Shown here piece by piece: positions 10,349 to 21,320 of a stretch of DNA of 64,000 nucleotides. The notes beneath the pieces were generated by a model that saw only the letters and a program-made list of their open reading frames with translations, was not told the origin of the DNA and did not search any database. The position numbers and the translations under genes were made by a program. Numbering within the stretch: position 1 is the first letter of the stretch; each line of letters opens with the position of its first letter. This stretch comes from Nitrospinales bacterium (lineage in GTDB: Bacteria > Nitrospinota > Nitrospinia > Nitrospinales > VA-1). The stretch is from contig CBDCWG010000012.1 in assembly GCA_965223345.1 (NCBI GenBank), forward strand, positions 3,232,001 through 3,296,000, given 5' to 3'.

Positions 10349-10987
10349 ATGCGGGTAGTGATTTTTTGTGTGATGTTCCTTTTGACCGGTTCCCTTTCCG
10401 CCCACGCTGCGTGCAAAAAAGAGGATATCTGCGCGATGATCGGCAAATTGAATCATTTCGCCATTCTCGACAAATGTCCCAATGCGGGCCCGCATCTTGC
10501 TGATTGCAGAAAAGTACCGGACAAAACAGTCGAGGATCTGCCCGAGCCCAACTTTGTGGACAACGGCGACGGCACGGTCACGGACACGGTCAACAAACTG
10601 CTCTGGCTGAAAAAGGGGATGAGGGATAAAAAACTGAAATTCAAGGACGCCCGCGCCAGGGCCAATCTGGCTGAAAAAGCCGGACGCACGGGATGGCGGC
10701 TGCCGACCCTGCCGGAACTCAAAACCCTGGTGTACGAAGAACGCGTGGTCAACGCCAGCGGCAAGAAAGCCTGGATCAATCCGCTGTTCGACGACGGTCT
10801 CGGCCATTACTACTGGACCACCACGACCTGCGCGGAAGTCTCCTATATCGTGGACCGCTATCAGAAAAAGATCTGTCAGGAAGGCGACAAGGCGGCCTGG
10901 CTGGTGCACTTCAACATCAACGCCGTGTTCTGGTTCCACACCGACCTGGAAAAGCCCTATATCTGGCTGGTACAGAATCTCGAATGA
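10349..10987 (+). CDS. Secreted DUF1566 (Lcl C-terminal domain) protein, Cys-rich
   Basis: Signal peptide; FVDNGDGTVTD..LLW, GWRLPTLPELKTL and YYWTTT signature. Confidence 0.85.
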   Translation: MRVVIFCVMFLLTGSLSAHAACKKEDICAMIGKLNHFAILDKCPNAGPHLADCRKVPDKTVEDLPEPNFVDNGDGTVTDTVNKLLWLKKGMRDKKLKFKDARARANLAEKAGRTGWRLPTLPELKTLVYEERVVNASGKKAWINPLFDDGLGHYYWTTTTCAEVSYIVDRYQKKICQEGDKAAWLVHFNINAVFWFHTDLEKPYIWLVQNLE

Positions 10988-11187
10988 GGGCGGCCTGACA
11001 GCCTTTCAGGCCCCACCCGGTTCCCCCCTGCCCGCAAACCCGGCTTTTCGCCTTTTTCCACGCCCGATCCCCGCTCAAACGCAATTACAAAAAGAATTTT
11101 GAATCCATGCCGGGCGGAAACCATCATCAATAGCACGCGCGGCGAGGCCGCACAGACCCATCGACTCCCAGGAAAGGAATGCCCGCA

Positions 11188-11415
11188 ATGATCAAGCTGG
11201 AAGGTGAAATCACGGAAATCAACTCTCCTCCCAACAAAGCCGACCAGTTTCGGGAGGTCATCGTCTGGCTGACGCAGTCCGAGGAGCACGTGGAATTCAC
11301 GCTGACACTGGAGGATTACAAATCCTCGGGCTTTCAGACGGGGGACAAGATCTCCCTCTCCCTCGAAAAGAAGCTGGACATCGATTCCCTCACCCGGGAT
11401 CTTTTGAACATGTGA
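11188..11415 (+). CDS. Small hypothetical protein (75 aa, beta-rich)
   Basis: AAGGA upstream, host-like codon usage. Confidence 0.65.
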   Translation: MIKLEGEITEINSPPNKADQFREVIVWLTQSEEHVEFTLTLEDYKSSGFQTGDKISLSLEKKLDIDSLTRDLLNM

Positions 11416-11446
11416 GCGGCTTTCCCCCTGCCCTTTCCCGAAATCG

Positions 11447-12724
11447 TCACTCTTTCAAACGCTGAGCCTTCTCGCCGGCCTTCTGGTTTTTCCCGAGGGT
11501 GCGGGTGCGTCCGGGATCCTCGGGCGCGTTTTCATTGCGCATTTTTTCGAGGCGCTGCAAAGCCTGATCGGCTTTATCGGGCCGTTGCGTCTTGCGGTAG
11601 AGATTTGCCAGGTTGTTGAGCGAGATGCGGATGTTGGGGTGTTGCGGGCCGAGGGATTTTTCCCAGATGCCCAGCGCCTGCTGGTACAGGGATTCCGCTT
11701 TTTCGTAATCGCCCTTGCCGTCGAACAGGCCCGCGAGGTTGTTGAGCGCGGTGGCGACGGCGGGGTGCCGCGCGCCGAGCGAGGAACGCTTGATCCGGAG
11801 CGAACGCTTGAGGATCGGCTCCGCCTGCGCGTAGTAACCGCGCTTGCGGTACAGCTCGCCCAGGTTGTTGAGGGTGGCGGCCATCCGCGGGTGTTCGCTT
11901 CCGAGGGATTCCCGCTGGATGCGGATCGCCTTGAGGTACAGCAGTTCGGCCTTGCTGTCGTGCTGCATGTCCACATACAGCCGGGCCAGTTGGTTGAGGC
12001 TGGAGGCGACATCGGCGTGGTTTTTGCCCAAATGGTCCTCGCGGATCCGGATGGATTGAAGATACAATCGCTCGGCTTTTTCGTAGTTGCCCATTCGGGC
12101 GGCATAGGCCGCGTGCTGATCGAGCACCAGAGCCAGCTCCGGGGAAGAACCGCCCTGTGCCTTTTCGAAGATCTTCTGCGAGCGCACCAAAAGCGGCTCG
12201 ACGTTTTCATACTTTTCCATCCGCACGAACAGCCGCGCCAGGTCGTTCAGGCTGCGGGCCACGTTGAGATGATCGGGGCCGTGCGACCGCTCCAGGATAT
12301 CCAGAGACTGTTTGTAGAGGGGCTCGGCACGCGCGAGCTGACCGGTGCGGTTGTAAAAATTCCCCAGCCGGTTCAACGAGTTGGCGTACAGCGGGTGGCT
12401 GTCCCCGAAATGCTTCTTGCGGATCCTGAGGCCTTTGATCAATAGCGCCTCGGCTTTGGTAAAATGCCCGGCCTGGATGAAAAGCCCGGCCAGCGTGTTC
12501 ATGGCCGCCACGGTTTCCGGGCTGTCGTCGCCGTGGGCCTGCTTTTTCGCACGCATCCGCTGCTCCGCCAGCGGGATGGCCAGCAGATATTTCCCCTGTT
12601 TGGACAACGCCTCGATCTCCGTGGACAGCGACCGTTCCTGCTGCCCCCAGGCGATGGATCCCCAAAACAGGATCAGGACGGGCACGATGAGCCCGATACC
12701 GCGGCAGGGTCGTCTCTTGAGCAT
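11447..12724 (-). CDS. Secreted/membrane-anchored 42-residue TPR repeat protein (kinesin light chain-like)
   Basis: About eight repeats of HP.VA.SLNNLA.LY...G.Y.KAEPL; GGAG before ATG at 12724; hydrophobic N-terminus. Confidence 0.9.
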   Translation of the reverse strand: MLKRRPCRGIGLIVPVLILFWGSIAWGQQERSLSTEIEALSKQGKYLLAIPLAEQRMRAKKQAHGDDSPETVAAMNTLAGLFIQAGHFTKAEALLIKGLRIRKKHFGDSHPLYANSLNRLGNFYNRTGQLARAEPLYKQSLDILERSHGPDHLNVARSLNDLARLFVRMEKYENVEPLLVRSQKIFEKAQGGSSPELALVLDQHAAYAARMGNYEKAERLYLQSIRIREDHLGKNHADVASSLNQLARLYVDMQHDSKAELLYLKAIRIQRESLGSEHPRMAATLNNLGELYRKRGYYAQAEPILKRSLRIKRSSLGARHPAVATALNNLAGLFDGKGDYEKAESLYQQALGIWEKSLGPQHPNIRISLNNLANLYRKTQRPDKADQALQRLEKMRNENAPEDPGRTRTLGKNQKAGEKAQRLKE

Positions 12725-12947
12725 GTCTCCTCCCCCCACAATCTGGTTGTCGATCGAACCGCACCGCCTCTTCCCCGCGTTTGGCACCCTACCGCGAGGC
12801 AGGCGTTGTGCAGCCGCACACCCTCCTTCTATCTGATCGGTCAAAACGCTTTAAAGTTCACCCCGTTCGACACGCCGGCGTCTTCCCCCGCTGATGCGGC
12901 CCGTTGCGCCCGGCTTCGCCGGCTCTGCGGTCCGGGCCTGCGGCAAT

Positions 12948-13119
12948 TGACAATCTTTTGTCGCAGAGTGACGCTAATCGTCAAAAATCAACCACTTAGA
13001 GCCTTACCACCCGCTCCTTCCCCGCCAGCCAGTGAAACGGCAACCCCTTATTTCATTGACATTTACCCGACCCTGACGCAAATCCTTGATTTTTCAATGA
13101 TTTTGGCATGCTCCCTGCA
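12948..13119 (+). promoter_or_regulatory. Sigma54 promoter with IHF sites and putative enhancer (UAS) palindromes
   Basis: TGGCATGCTCCCTGCA (GG-N10-GC) at 13104-13119; IHF consensus AATCAACCACTTA at 12986-12998 and AATCAAGGATTTG on minus strand near 13079-13091; palindromes TGACAATCTTTTGTCG and TGACGCTAATCGTCA at 12948-12983. Confidence 0.72.
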
Positions 13120-13262
13120 TTTCAAACGAACATAACCAAACATTCGATCAGACAATTGGACCGACGCAGGATGGGTCTTAGGGGGTATGGGACGGGGTGG
13201 TGCATCCGAAATCCGCCCGCCTGCGGGACACCTGCGCCCGATCGCCTGCCAAGGAGGATGCG

Positions 13263-13478
13263 ATGGACTTCTTGAATTCACTGGTTCTCACTTACGCTTT
13301 CGTCATGTTTGCATTCGGGCTCGCCTTCATCTACCAGGCTCTTTCCAACTGGCTCCGATTGCAGGTGAAGCTCAAAGCGCAAAATAAAGTGGAGACGTTT
13401 TTCCCTCAGTCGCCAATCACGAAAACCTATCGTCTGGTTCGTGTTTCGGGCGGTGAAAAAAAGCGCCGGATTTCCTGA
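13263..13478 (+). CDS. Small single-TM hypothetical protein (71 aa) with basic tail
   Basis: AAGGAGG Shine-Dalgarno; hydrophobic N-terminal helix; downstream of sigma54 promoter. Confidence 0.75.
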   Translation: MDFLNSLVLTYAFVMFAFGLAFIYQALSNWLRLQVKLKAQNKVETFFPQSPITKTYRLVRVSGGEKKRRIS

Positions 13479-13859
13479 CACCCCATCCCTCGCATCCGGA
13501 CCGTTCGCCACCGCATGCCGGTGGTTGCTGCCACGCCGCTTTCTCTCTTTTCCTTCCCTAAACTTACTACAAAAAATTTCAATGCCATCGCCTTAATGCG
13601 CCCTGATTGGGAAACCCTTTTATCGCGGGCGTTTCAGATCCCGCTGCGCGCGCCGTTCCGGTTTTGTTTCCGGGCCGTTTTCACGCAAGTCGGCGTGCGG
13701 GAAGTCCCGCTCTCATCGGCTCCCAGGCACCCTTGCCTTTGAAAACCGCGGCGGCAGAGCCGGAACAAACACGCCGCATTGCAGGCGAATCGAATAAGGG
13801 GATGATTTTACGCCGGGCATCCAGTATGATGCAGACAACTCAACCTGGATAGACGCATC

Positions 13860-14384
13860 ATGGACAACTGGTACATGCTCACGCTGGTGGGTAAAGATCA
13901 ACCGGGCATCGTGGCCCGATTGAGCACCGCCCTGTGCAACGGAGGCTGCAACCTCGGAGAATCCTCGATGGCCCGCCTGGGCGATAATTTCTCCATCATG
14001 CTGATGGCCCAGTTCGGCGGCAGTGCGGAACAACTGGACGCCATCGTGTCGCCGGTGGCGCAATCGCTCAAGCTGCACCATCACGTGGACGCGGTCGAGG
14101 GCGGACACCATCACGCGATCCAGCCCAATGTCCGCATCAGCGTCTACGGCGCCGACCGGCCCGGAATCATGGAAGCGGTGACCGGCGCGCTGGCGGAGGC
14201 CGGCCTCAACATCCTCAACCTGGACTCCAACATCGGCATCGAAAACCGGACCTCCACTTACTACATTCACATCGAAGGCGTGGTGTCGGGCGGCGTGGAG
14301 CCGCTGTACGAAGTCCTGGAACGGCTTGCCGGGGAAAAGGACCTGCAGACCCAGCTGATGCCGGTGGACACCCTGCTGGGCTGA
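13860..14384 (+). CDS. Tandem ACT-domain protein (GcvR-like)
   Basis: LTLVGKDQPGIV and ISVYGADRPGIM ACT signatures. Confidence 0.88.
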   Translation: MDNWYMLTLVGKDQPGIVARLSTALCNGGCNLGESSMARLGDNFSIMLMAQFGGSAEQLDAIVSPVAQSLKLHHHVDAVEGGHHHAIQPNVRISVYGADRPGIMEAVTGALAEAGLNILNLDSNIGIENRTSTYYIHIEGVVSGGVEPLYEVLERLAGEKDLQTQLMPVDTLLG

Positions 14385-14630
14385 CCTCCCCTCGCCTCTC
14401 CCACTGCCGGTTTATCCGCCGTTTCGCGCACACCGGCTGAGAAAATCCCTTATCTTTTCAATAAATTATCAACATTTTCCTCAATTTATGATAAATTACT
14501 GAAAGTGAGCACGTTCAAGTTCCGCTTTTCTGCTGGTTGTTTGCTCGAATCCTGTCTGAACACCCCTGAATGCTTTCCTGCCATGAGTGGACCCAACTCA
14601 TCTATTTGAAACCACACAGGTAAGAGTCAA

Positions 14631-16175
14631 ATGAACAAATCGTTCCCTGCCGTCTTTTTCGCGTTCATCCTGATTTCGGGCTGTTCCAACCTGCCGAAGC
14701 ACATGCAGTGGCCGTTCAACAGCCAGGAGGCGTCCGAGGAGCCGGTTGCCGAAGCGGACGAGGATACAAGCTCCGGCCACAATTTCGCCTATCTGGAACC
14801 GGACACCGCTCCGGACTCCGCCGATGTGGAACCCTGGGACGCTTCGGTGGGCAAGGCGGAGGAACCCCCCGATATCGACGACAGCGAAATCCAGATGGGC
14901 CCGAGCGAAGAGGAACTCGCCGCCCGGATCGAGCCCGAACCGGAGGAGGAGCCCTCCGAGGCGATTCAGGAAGCCCGCCTCAATCACAACGTGGCGATGG
15001 AATACATCTTCGCCGACAAATACGAAAAAGCCATCGCGCCGCTGGAAAACGCCCTGAAGCTGGATCCCGATGATCCGCGCTTTCACTACAGCTACGGGCT
15101 GGTGTATCAGAAACTGGGAAAACACGAGGAAGCGATCAAGGAATTCGAAGCGTCCACCGCGCAGGACCCGCAATTCTGGCAGGCGCACAACCGGCTGGGA
15201 GCGGTGTACGCCAGACTGGGAAAACCCGACGACGCCATCCGGCACCTGCAAAAAGGCATCGCCATCCATCCGGATTTTGCGGACGCGCATTACCAGCTCG
15301 GCGCGTTGTACGAAAAAAAGAAACAATACGAGACCAGCGTTTCGCACTACGAAAAAGCCATCGCGCTGGATCCGGAAAACCACCGCTACAACTACCAGAT
15401 CGCCCGCAATTTCCTCAAACTGAAAAAAAGGAAACAAGCCATCGCGGCGTTTGAGAAAACCGCGCGCCTCGCGCCGAACTACCGCGACGTGGATTACCGA
15501 CTCGGGAAATTGTATGCGGAAGAAAAGGACCCCGGCAAGGCGATCCAGCACCTCTCCAGGACCATCAAGAACAACCCAAAAGAAGAGGAAGCGTATTTCC
15601 TGCTGCACAACGCCTACTGGGAAAAAAAGCAGTACGACGAATCCATCGACACGCTGAAACGGCTGATCAAGAAAAAGCCCAAACTGGAACAGCCCTACTA
15701 CGCACTCGGTCAGGCTTACCTCATCCTGAAACGCAACAGCGACGCCATCGAGCCGTTCCGGCAGCTGATCAAGCTCAACCCGGACAATTTCGAAGCGCAC
15801 AACAGCCTGGGGTCGATTTTCGAAAAAGCCAAATCCCCCAAACTGGCCATGGTGCATTTCAAGGAAGCGGTGCGCATCAACCCGAAAAACCCGCTGGCGC
15901 ATTTCAACCTCGGCATCGCCTATGTGGATCTCAACAAAAGCAGGGAAGCGCTGAAGCAGTTCAAGGAAGTCACGCGCCTCGATCCGGGATTCGCGCAGGC
16001 GCACTGGAGCCTGGCGCTGCTGTACGACAACGTGGGCGACGGCGGCAACGCGATCTTTCACTCCAAGCGCGCGGTCAACCTGTTCAAGGAAAAATACCAG
16101 TTGAAAAAATCGAAGACGGCGGAGAAGTTTTCCCAGTCTTTGATCCAGAAATACAAAAGGAAGGTGAAAAAATAG
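14631..16175 (+). CDS. TPR-repeat lipoprotein with acidic N-terminal linker
   Basis: Lipobox ISGC; about ten 34-aa TPR repeats. Confidence 0.88.
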   Translation: MNKSFPAVFFAFILISGCSNLPKHMQWPFNSQEASEEPVAEADEDTSSGHNFAYLEPDTAPDSADVEPWDASVGKAEEPPDIDDSEIQMGPSEEELAARIEPEPEEEPSEAIQEARLNHNVAMEYIFADKYEKAIAPLENALKLDPDDPRFHYSYGLVYQKLGKHEEAIKEFEASTAQDPQFWQAHNRLGAVYARLGKPDDAIRHLQKGIAIHPDFADAHYQLGALYEKKKQYETSVSHYEKAIALDPENHRYNYQIARNFLKLKKRKQAIAAFEKTARLAPNYRDVDYRLGKLYAEEKDPGKAIQHLSRTIKNNPKEEEAYFLLHNAYWEKKQYDESIDTLKRLIKKKPKLEQPYYALGQAYLILKRNSDAIEPFRQLIKLNPDNFEAHNSLGSIFEKAKSPKLAMVHFKEAVRINPKNPLAHFNLGIAYVDLNKSREALKQFKEVTRLDPGFAQAHWSLALLYDNVGDGGNAIFHSKRAVNLFKEKYQLKKSKTAEKFSQSLIQKYKRKVKK

Positions 16176-16249
16176 ATGGCTCCCCGCAACCTCTCTTCCC
16201 GAACGGCCCCACCGCATTGCAGGGCGGTTTCCTCCGCCCCGGACGATCC

Positions 16250-17278
16250 ATGACCGGTCTCAAACAACTGGGAGAGTTCGGTCTGATCGACCGGCTGCGC
16301 GCGCGCCTGTCTCCGGGTGAGGGGCGTGTGCTGCTGGGGATCGGCGACGACTGCGCCGCCTACGCCGCCAAGCCCGGAAAACTGCAGATCCTCTCCACCG
16401 ACGCGCTCATCGAGACGGTCCATTTCGACCGCAGGCATGGCAAACCCGAAACCCTGGGCCGAAAAGCCATCGCCGTCAACGTGAGCGACATCGCGGCGAT
16501 GGGCGGCGACCCGGTTCTGGCGGTGATCGCCCTGGGCATCCCGCGCACGCTTCCGGTTGCCTTTCTCGACGCGCTGTACCGCGGCATCGACTCGAGCCTC
16601 AAGGAATACGACCTGGAACTGGCCGGCGGGGACACGGTGGCCTCACCGAAGCATCTGTTCATCAATGTCACGATCGTCGGCGAGGTGGCCAAGAACCGCA
16701 TGGTCGCCCGCAGCGGAGCCCGGCCCGGAGACGCCATCTGGGTCACGGGGTATCCGGGACGATCGGCTCTGGGTCTCAAGATCCTCCAGTCGGCGAAGAA
16801 AAAGTGGCTGGGTGCGAAAAAGCACCGGACCGCAATGATCCAGGCGCATCTGGACCCGGTGGCGCGCCTGAAAGAAACGCAGAAACTGCTCGCGGGCGGG
16901 GTGCGCCCGACCTCGATGATCGACGTCAGCGACGGCCTGGTGCAGGATCTTCACCGGCTCTGTGAAGCGGGGGGCGTGGGGGCCGTGATCCGGGAGGCCG
17001 ATCTGCCGCAATCGCTGGAAATGCAGCGGGTCTGTGCGGAAAACCGGTTGAATATTCGGCAGTTGATTTTATCGGGGGGCGAGGACTATGAAATCCTGTT
17101 TACAACAAAGTCGCAAGATGTTAGAAAAGTAAACAGGCAGTTTCACAACGCCTTAACGCCTGTAACGCTAATCGGTGAAGTGACTTCCCGGTCCGGAAAG
17201 GTGCTTCTGGAAACCGACGGCGCGAAACGCAAAATCCTTCGAAAGTCGATGGGGTACCAGCATTTCAAATCCCCATGA
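16250..17278 (+). CDS. thiL: Thiamine-monophosphate kinase
   Basis: EFGLI, GIGDDCA, VNVSDIAAMGG, GGDT, IDVSDGL, GGEDYE. Confidence 0.95.
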   Translation: MTGLKQLGEFGLIDRLRARLSPGEGRVLLGIGDDCAAYAAKPGKLQILSTDALIETVHFDRRHGKPETLGRKAIAVNVSDIAAMGGDPVLAVIALGIPRTLPVAFLDALYRGIDSSLKEYDLELAGGDTVASPKHLFINVTIVGEVAKNRMVARSGARPGDAIWVTGYPGRSALGLKILQSAKKKWLGAKKHRTAMIQAHLDPVARLKETQKLLAGGVRPTSMIDVSDGLVQDLHRLCEAGGVGAVIREADLPQSLEMQRVCAENRLNIRQLILSGGEDYEILFTTKSQDVRKVNRQFHNALTPVTLIGEVTSRSGKVLLETDGAKRKILRKSMGYQHFKSP

Positions 17279-17354
17279 TGGAGCTGCCTGCCCGGAGCGA
17301 AACGCCGGAGAAGGATAGACAGGCACTGGCAAATTTGGGGGTTTTTTAAAAACC

Positions 17355-18668
17355 TTGGACGAATCGATATTACCCCGTGCTTTAACCCTGGCGGTGTTAC
17401 TGCTCTTTTCGGGTTTTTTCTCCGCGTGTGAAGCCGCATTCTTCTCCCTGAATCCGTTGCAGCTGACGGAATTGAAGGACAACCGGGGCCGCCTGGGCCG
17501 CCTGGTGTACTCCCTCCTGGAAAAACCGCGGGAACTCCTCATCACCATCTACATCGGCAACGAACTGGTCAACATCGCCATTTCGGTCATCACCACCTCG
17601 ATCGCCATCAAGATCTTCGGCAACGCGGGTGTGGGGATCGCCATCGGCGTCGGCACCTTTTTGCTGCTCATCTTCGGGGAGATCGTCCCCAAATCCATGT
17701 CCCTCAAGGTGGCGCAGGCGTTCGCCCTCACCGCCGCCTTTCCGCTCAAGCTGTTTTCCCAGCTGGTGCAGCCGCCGCAGAAACTCCTGACGCGGCTGGC
17801 GGAGGGATTCATCCGCTACCTCGGTCTCGGTTCGGTGCAGAAACTGGAACCGGCGATCACGGACGCGGAATTTCGCGCCATGGTGCAGATGGGAGTCGGC
17901 GAAGGGGTGATCGACGACGACGAAAAAGAGATGATCCACAACATCATCAATTTCGGCGAGACCACGGTCGGCGAGATCATGACCCCCAAAATCGACATGG
18001 TGACGGTCAACATCGATGACAGTCTGGACGACATCCTGCCTTTGATCGCGGAAAACTTCTATTCGCGGGTTCCGGTCTACGATAAGGAGCAGGAAAACAT
18101 CATCGGCATCCTGCTCACCAAGCACCTCAACCGGCTGAAGCACCTGCCGAAGGAAAACGTCAACCTCAAGAGCATCATCATTCACCCTCCACTTTCGGTA
18201 CCGCAATCCAAGAAGATCAAGGAGCTGCTGGAGGAGTTCAAAAAACTCAAACGCCACATCGCCATCGTTCTCGATGAATACGGCAGCGTGGCGGGGCTGG
18301 TGACGCTGGAGGACATTCTCGAAGAGCTGGTCGGGGAGATCGACAGCGAGATGCGGGTCGATCCGGAAGCGGTGGTCAAGATCAGCGAGGACAACTACCG
18401 GGTGCACGGCAGCTTCAGCATTCACGATTTCAACGAATACTTCAAGTCCGCCCTGCCGGACGAGCCGCACAACACGGTGGGCGGACTGGTGTTTCACGCA
18501 TTCGGCAGGGTTCCCCGGTCCGGGGAAACGATCACCCAGGGCAATTTCAAATTCCGGGTGGAAAAGATGAAGGGCCCGCGCATCCTGCGCGTGCACGTGA
18601 CGCTGCTTCACTCGGGAGCGCCGGGAGAGGAAAACGGCGCCGATCCCCCCAAACCCGCAAACGGCTGA
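17355..18668 (+). CDS. CNNM/CorB/TlyC family Mg2+ transporter-like protein (DUF21-CBS-CorC)
   Basis: FFSACEAA, FGEIVPK, SRVPVY, DEYG..GLVTLEDILEELVGEI; TTG start. Confidence 0.92.
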   Translation: MDESILPRALTLAVLLLFSGFFSACEAAFFSLNPLQLTELKDNRGRLGRLVYSLLEKPRELLITIYIGNELVNIAISVITTSIAIKIFGNAGVGIAIGVGTFLLLIFGEIVPKSMSLKVAQAFALTAAFPLKLFSQLVQPPQKLLTRLAEGFIRYLGLGSVQKLEPAITDAEFRAMVQMGVGEGVIDDDEKEMIHNIINFGETTVGEIMTPKIDMVTVNIDDSLDDILPLIAENFYSRVPVYDKEQENIIGILLTKHLNRLKHLPKENVNLKSIIIHPPLSVPQSKKIKELLEEFKKLKRHIAIVLDEYGSVAGLVTLEDILEELVGEIDSEMRVDPEAVVKISEDNYRVHGSFSIHDFNEYFKSALPDEPHNTVGGLVFHAFGRVPRSGETITQGNFKFRVEKMKGPRILRVHVTLLHSGAPGEENGADPPKPANG

Positions 18669-19936
18669 TGGACCTGACGACCACATTGATTCTGGTGACG
18701 CTGTTTCTCTTCCTGGAGGCGTTTTTCTCCGGGTCGGAGATCGGCATGATCGCCGTAAGCCGGATCAAGATGCAGCAGAAGGCCGACGACGGCGACGCCG
18801 CGGCGCAGACCGTGCTGAATCTGCTGAGCACGCCGGAGAGGCTGTTCGCCACCACATCCCTGGGCACCAACCTGGCGATGGTTTCCAGCTCGGCGGTATT
18901 CACCGCCTACATGGTCTCGCGGTTCGGCGAATCCGGCGAATGGGCGGCGATGCTGGCGCTCACGCCGCTGGTCCTTTTTTTCGGCGAGATCGTGCCGAAG
19001 ATGATCATCCAGAACCGGCCGGACGCGATCATGCTGGTGCTCGTCACGCCGCTCAACTGGGTCCGCAACGTGTTCTCCCCCGTCATCGCCCTGTTCACCA
19101 AAGCGTCGACGATCGTCACCGAGAACATCCTGAGCGACGAGGAAACCAACGGCCAGACCACGAGCCGCGATCAGATCCGGCAGGTGATGAGCATCGATTC
19201 GCAGGCGGTGCAGCTCGGGTCGGTGGAACGCAAGATGATCCACAAGATCTTCAACTTCGGCGAGATCAATGTGGAGCAGTGCATGGTGCCGCTGGTGCAG
19301 ATGACCGCCCTACTCGACACGGCGACGCTGAAGGAAGCGCACGAGGCGGCGAACGATTCGGGCTTTTCCCGGCTGCCGGTGTTTCACGAGCGGATGCACA
19401 ACATCATCGGCATCCTCAACGCGTTCGACCTCATCGATCAACCGGTGGACGATTCCCCCGTCACGGAGCTGATCCGCCCGGCGTACTACGTGCCGCCCAA
19501 CAAAAAGATCGACGATTTGCTCAAGGAATTGCAGCAGCGCGGCCTGCACATGGCGGTGGTGGTGGATGAATACGGCGGCTGCACGGGCATCGTGACGATC
19601 GAGGATCTCTTAGAAAAGATCGTCGGTGAAATCGAGGACGAATACGACAAAGAGGAAAAGCGGTACGAAAACTACGCGGACGGCGGCTATCTGATCGAGG
19701 CGGACATGGAGGTCGGCGTCATCAACGAGACGCTGAACCTCAACCTGCCCACCGGCGATTACGAAACGCTGGCGGGGCTCGCCATCCACCACCTGGAAAA
19801 GGTCCCCAATTCCGGCGAGCAGCTGGTGGTCAACGGCTACCGGCTGACGATCAAGGAAGCCAGCAAGCGCAAGGTGCAATCGATCATCGTGCGCAAGCTC
19901 GAACCGGAAAACTCCGACTCTCCCTCTTCTTCCTGA
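18668..19936 (+). CDS. Second CNNM/CorB/TlyC family protein
   Basis: FFSGSE, FGEIVPK, SRLPVF, DEYGG.GIVTIED; TGATG coupling to upstream gene. Confidence 0.92.
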   Translation: MDLTTTLILVTLFLFLEAFFSGSEIGMIAVSRIKMQQKADDGDAAAQTVLNLLSTPERLFATTSLGTNLAMVSSSAVFTAYMVSRFGESGEWAAMLALTPLVLFFGEIVPKMIIQNRPDAIMLVLVTPLNWVRNVFSPVIALFTKASTIVTENILSDEETNGQTTSRDQIRQVMSIDSQAVQLGSVERKMIHKIFNFGEINVEQCMVPLVQMTALLDTATLKEAHEAANDSGFSRLPVFHERMHNIIGILNAFDLIDQPVDDSPVTELIRPAYYVPPNKKIDDLLKELQQRGLHMAVVVDEYGGCTGIVTIEDLLEKIVGEIEDEYDKEEKRYENYADGGYLIEADMEVGVINETLNLNLPTGDYETLAGLAIHHLEKVPNSGEQLVVNGYRLTIKEASKRKVQSIIVRKLEPENSDSPSSS

Positions 19937-19970
19937 ACGATCCCTTCCCTGCCGAAAAACGAAGCCGGGC

Positions 19971-20693
19971 TCACAGCCCGCGGCTCTTCTCCAGCTCTTC
20001 GTAAGCGGCGCGAATTTCCAGAAATTTCAGATGTGCGTCCTCGCCCTCTTCCCGCCCGAGGTGCGCGACGCGATCGGGATGAAACTCGGCGGCTTTCTGC
20101 CGGTAGGCTTTCTTGATGTCCTCGGCGCTGGCGCTGTACTCGACACCGAGAATGCGGTAGGGGTTTTTCAGCGCGTCGAGGGAATACTTTTTACGGATGC
20201 GGTCATGTTCCGGATAGCTGACCTGCAACAGACCTGCGAGCTCGTTGATGACGTTCTGCGTTTCGTCGGTCAGGGAATGTTCGATGAGCGCCATCTGGTA
20301 GGACAGGGCCAGCACGAGGAGGTTGTAATTGTTCCCGGAGGCTTTGCGGTACTGCTCGGCAAAGGGTTTCAGATCGGGATTCAGCCTTTGCGTTTCGGCG
20401 ATGACCTGATCGATGTAGCCGAGATCCGGCTTCTCATAATCCAGGTTCTTGATGAAAAACCGGTGGATGAGACGCCTCTCGTTTGCCGTGAGGGGGCCGT
20501 CGAGCATCCCCACTTTCGTCATGATGACGACCAGGCAGGTGACGAACAGCCCGCGCTCGGTGACGCCGGGCAGTCCCTGATCGATTTTTTTCAAGGCCTT
20601 TTTGGTGATGATGTGCTGCAGGGTCCCGCCCACAACGGCCCCCAGGGGGCCGCCGCGCAGAAAGCCCATGCCGGCGCCTAACAACCAGGACAT
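19971..20693 (-). CDS. DjlA-like co-chaperone (TerB-like domain plus C-terminal J domain)
   Basis: Gly-rich N-terminal anchor GGPLGA; NPYRILGV...IKKAYR...HPD J-domain. Confidence 0.85.
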   Translation of the reverse strand: MSWLLGAGMGFLRGGPLGAVVGGTLQHIITKKALKKIDQGLPGVTERGLFVTCLVVIMTKVGMLDGPLTANERRLIHRFFIKNLDYEKPDLGYIDQVIAETQRLNPDLKPFAEQYRKASGNNYNLLVLALSYQMALIEHSLTDETQNVINELAGLLQVSYPEHDRIRKKYSLDALKNPYRILGVEYSASAEDIKKAYRQKAAEFHPDRVAHLGREEGEDAHLKFLEIRAAYEELEKSRGL

Positions 20694-20923
20694 GTTTCCC
20701 TTCCTCGCTCGAAAAAACCGCAGTGGCTCATGAGCCCAATGATAGCACCACCGCCCCGCACAGGTAAAGGCCGGGCGGCCTTGCGGGCAGCTGCGAAGAG
20801 CTTGTTCTCAAATGCCGATTGGTGTATGGTTTGTCCGATTTCGGCCTTCTGCATGCGAATTTTTCAGTTTAGCGGCCGAAAAAACCTGGGACCGCCCGCC
20901 GGTCCCTTTTGAGGGAGAAGGGA

Positions 20924-21214
20924 ATGGTCAAGCACATTGTGATGTTCAAACTGGCTGAAAAAAATCAGGGCAATCTGGACACGGTGGTCCAGGCGCTCAA
21001 GGGCATGGAAGGAAAGATCGAGACCCTCCGGCACATCGAGGTGGGCGTGGACTACTCGGGTTCCGAAAGAAGTTACGATGTGGTGCTGACGACCCATTTC
21101 GACGACCGGCAGGGGCTGCAAACCTATGTGACGCACGAAAACCACGTGCCGGTCGCCCAGACCATGCGCTCCCTCTGTTCCCACTCGGTGGTGGTGGATT
21201 ACGAGCTGGACTGA
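20924..21214 (+). CDS. Dabb family stress-responsive A/B barrel protein
   Basis: MVKHIVMFKL...YDVVL...Y.THENH...VVDY. Confidence 0.88.
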   Translation: MVKHIVMFKLAEKNQGNLDTVVQALKGMEGKIETLRHIEVGVDYSGSERSYDVVLTTHFDDRQGLQTYVTHENHVPVAQTMRSLCSHSVVVDYELD

Positions 21215-21291
21215 ACGCCCGGCCGTATTTTTCCGCCCCGTTCCGCCTTCCGTATCCGGGAGGGCCGGCGATATCGGCATAAAATAAATTC

Positions 21292-21320
21292 TTGTGCTTT
21301 CAATTTTTGGGTGATAGTAT
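21292..21320 (+). promoter_or_regulatory. Sigma70-type promoter upstream of dksA leader
   Basis: TTGTGC-N17-TAGTAT with extended -10 TG and AT-rich upstream tract. Confidence 0.55.

Noticed and set aside
17355..19936. Tandem CNNM/CorC genes as a novel system
   Set aside because: Paired DUF21-CBS genes are a common arrangement
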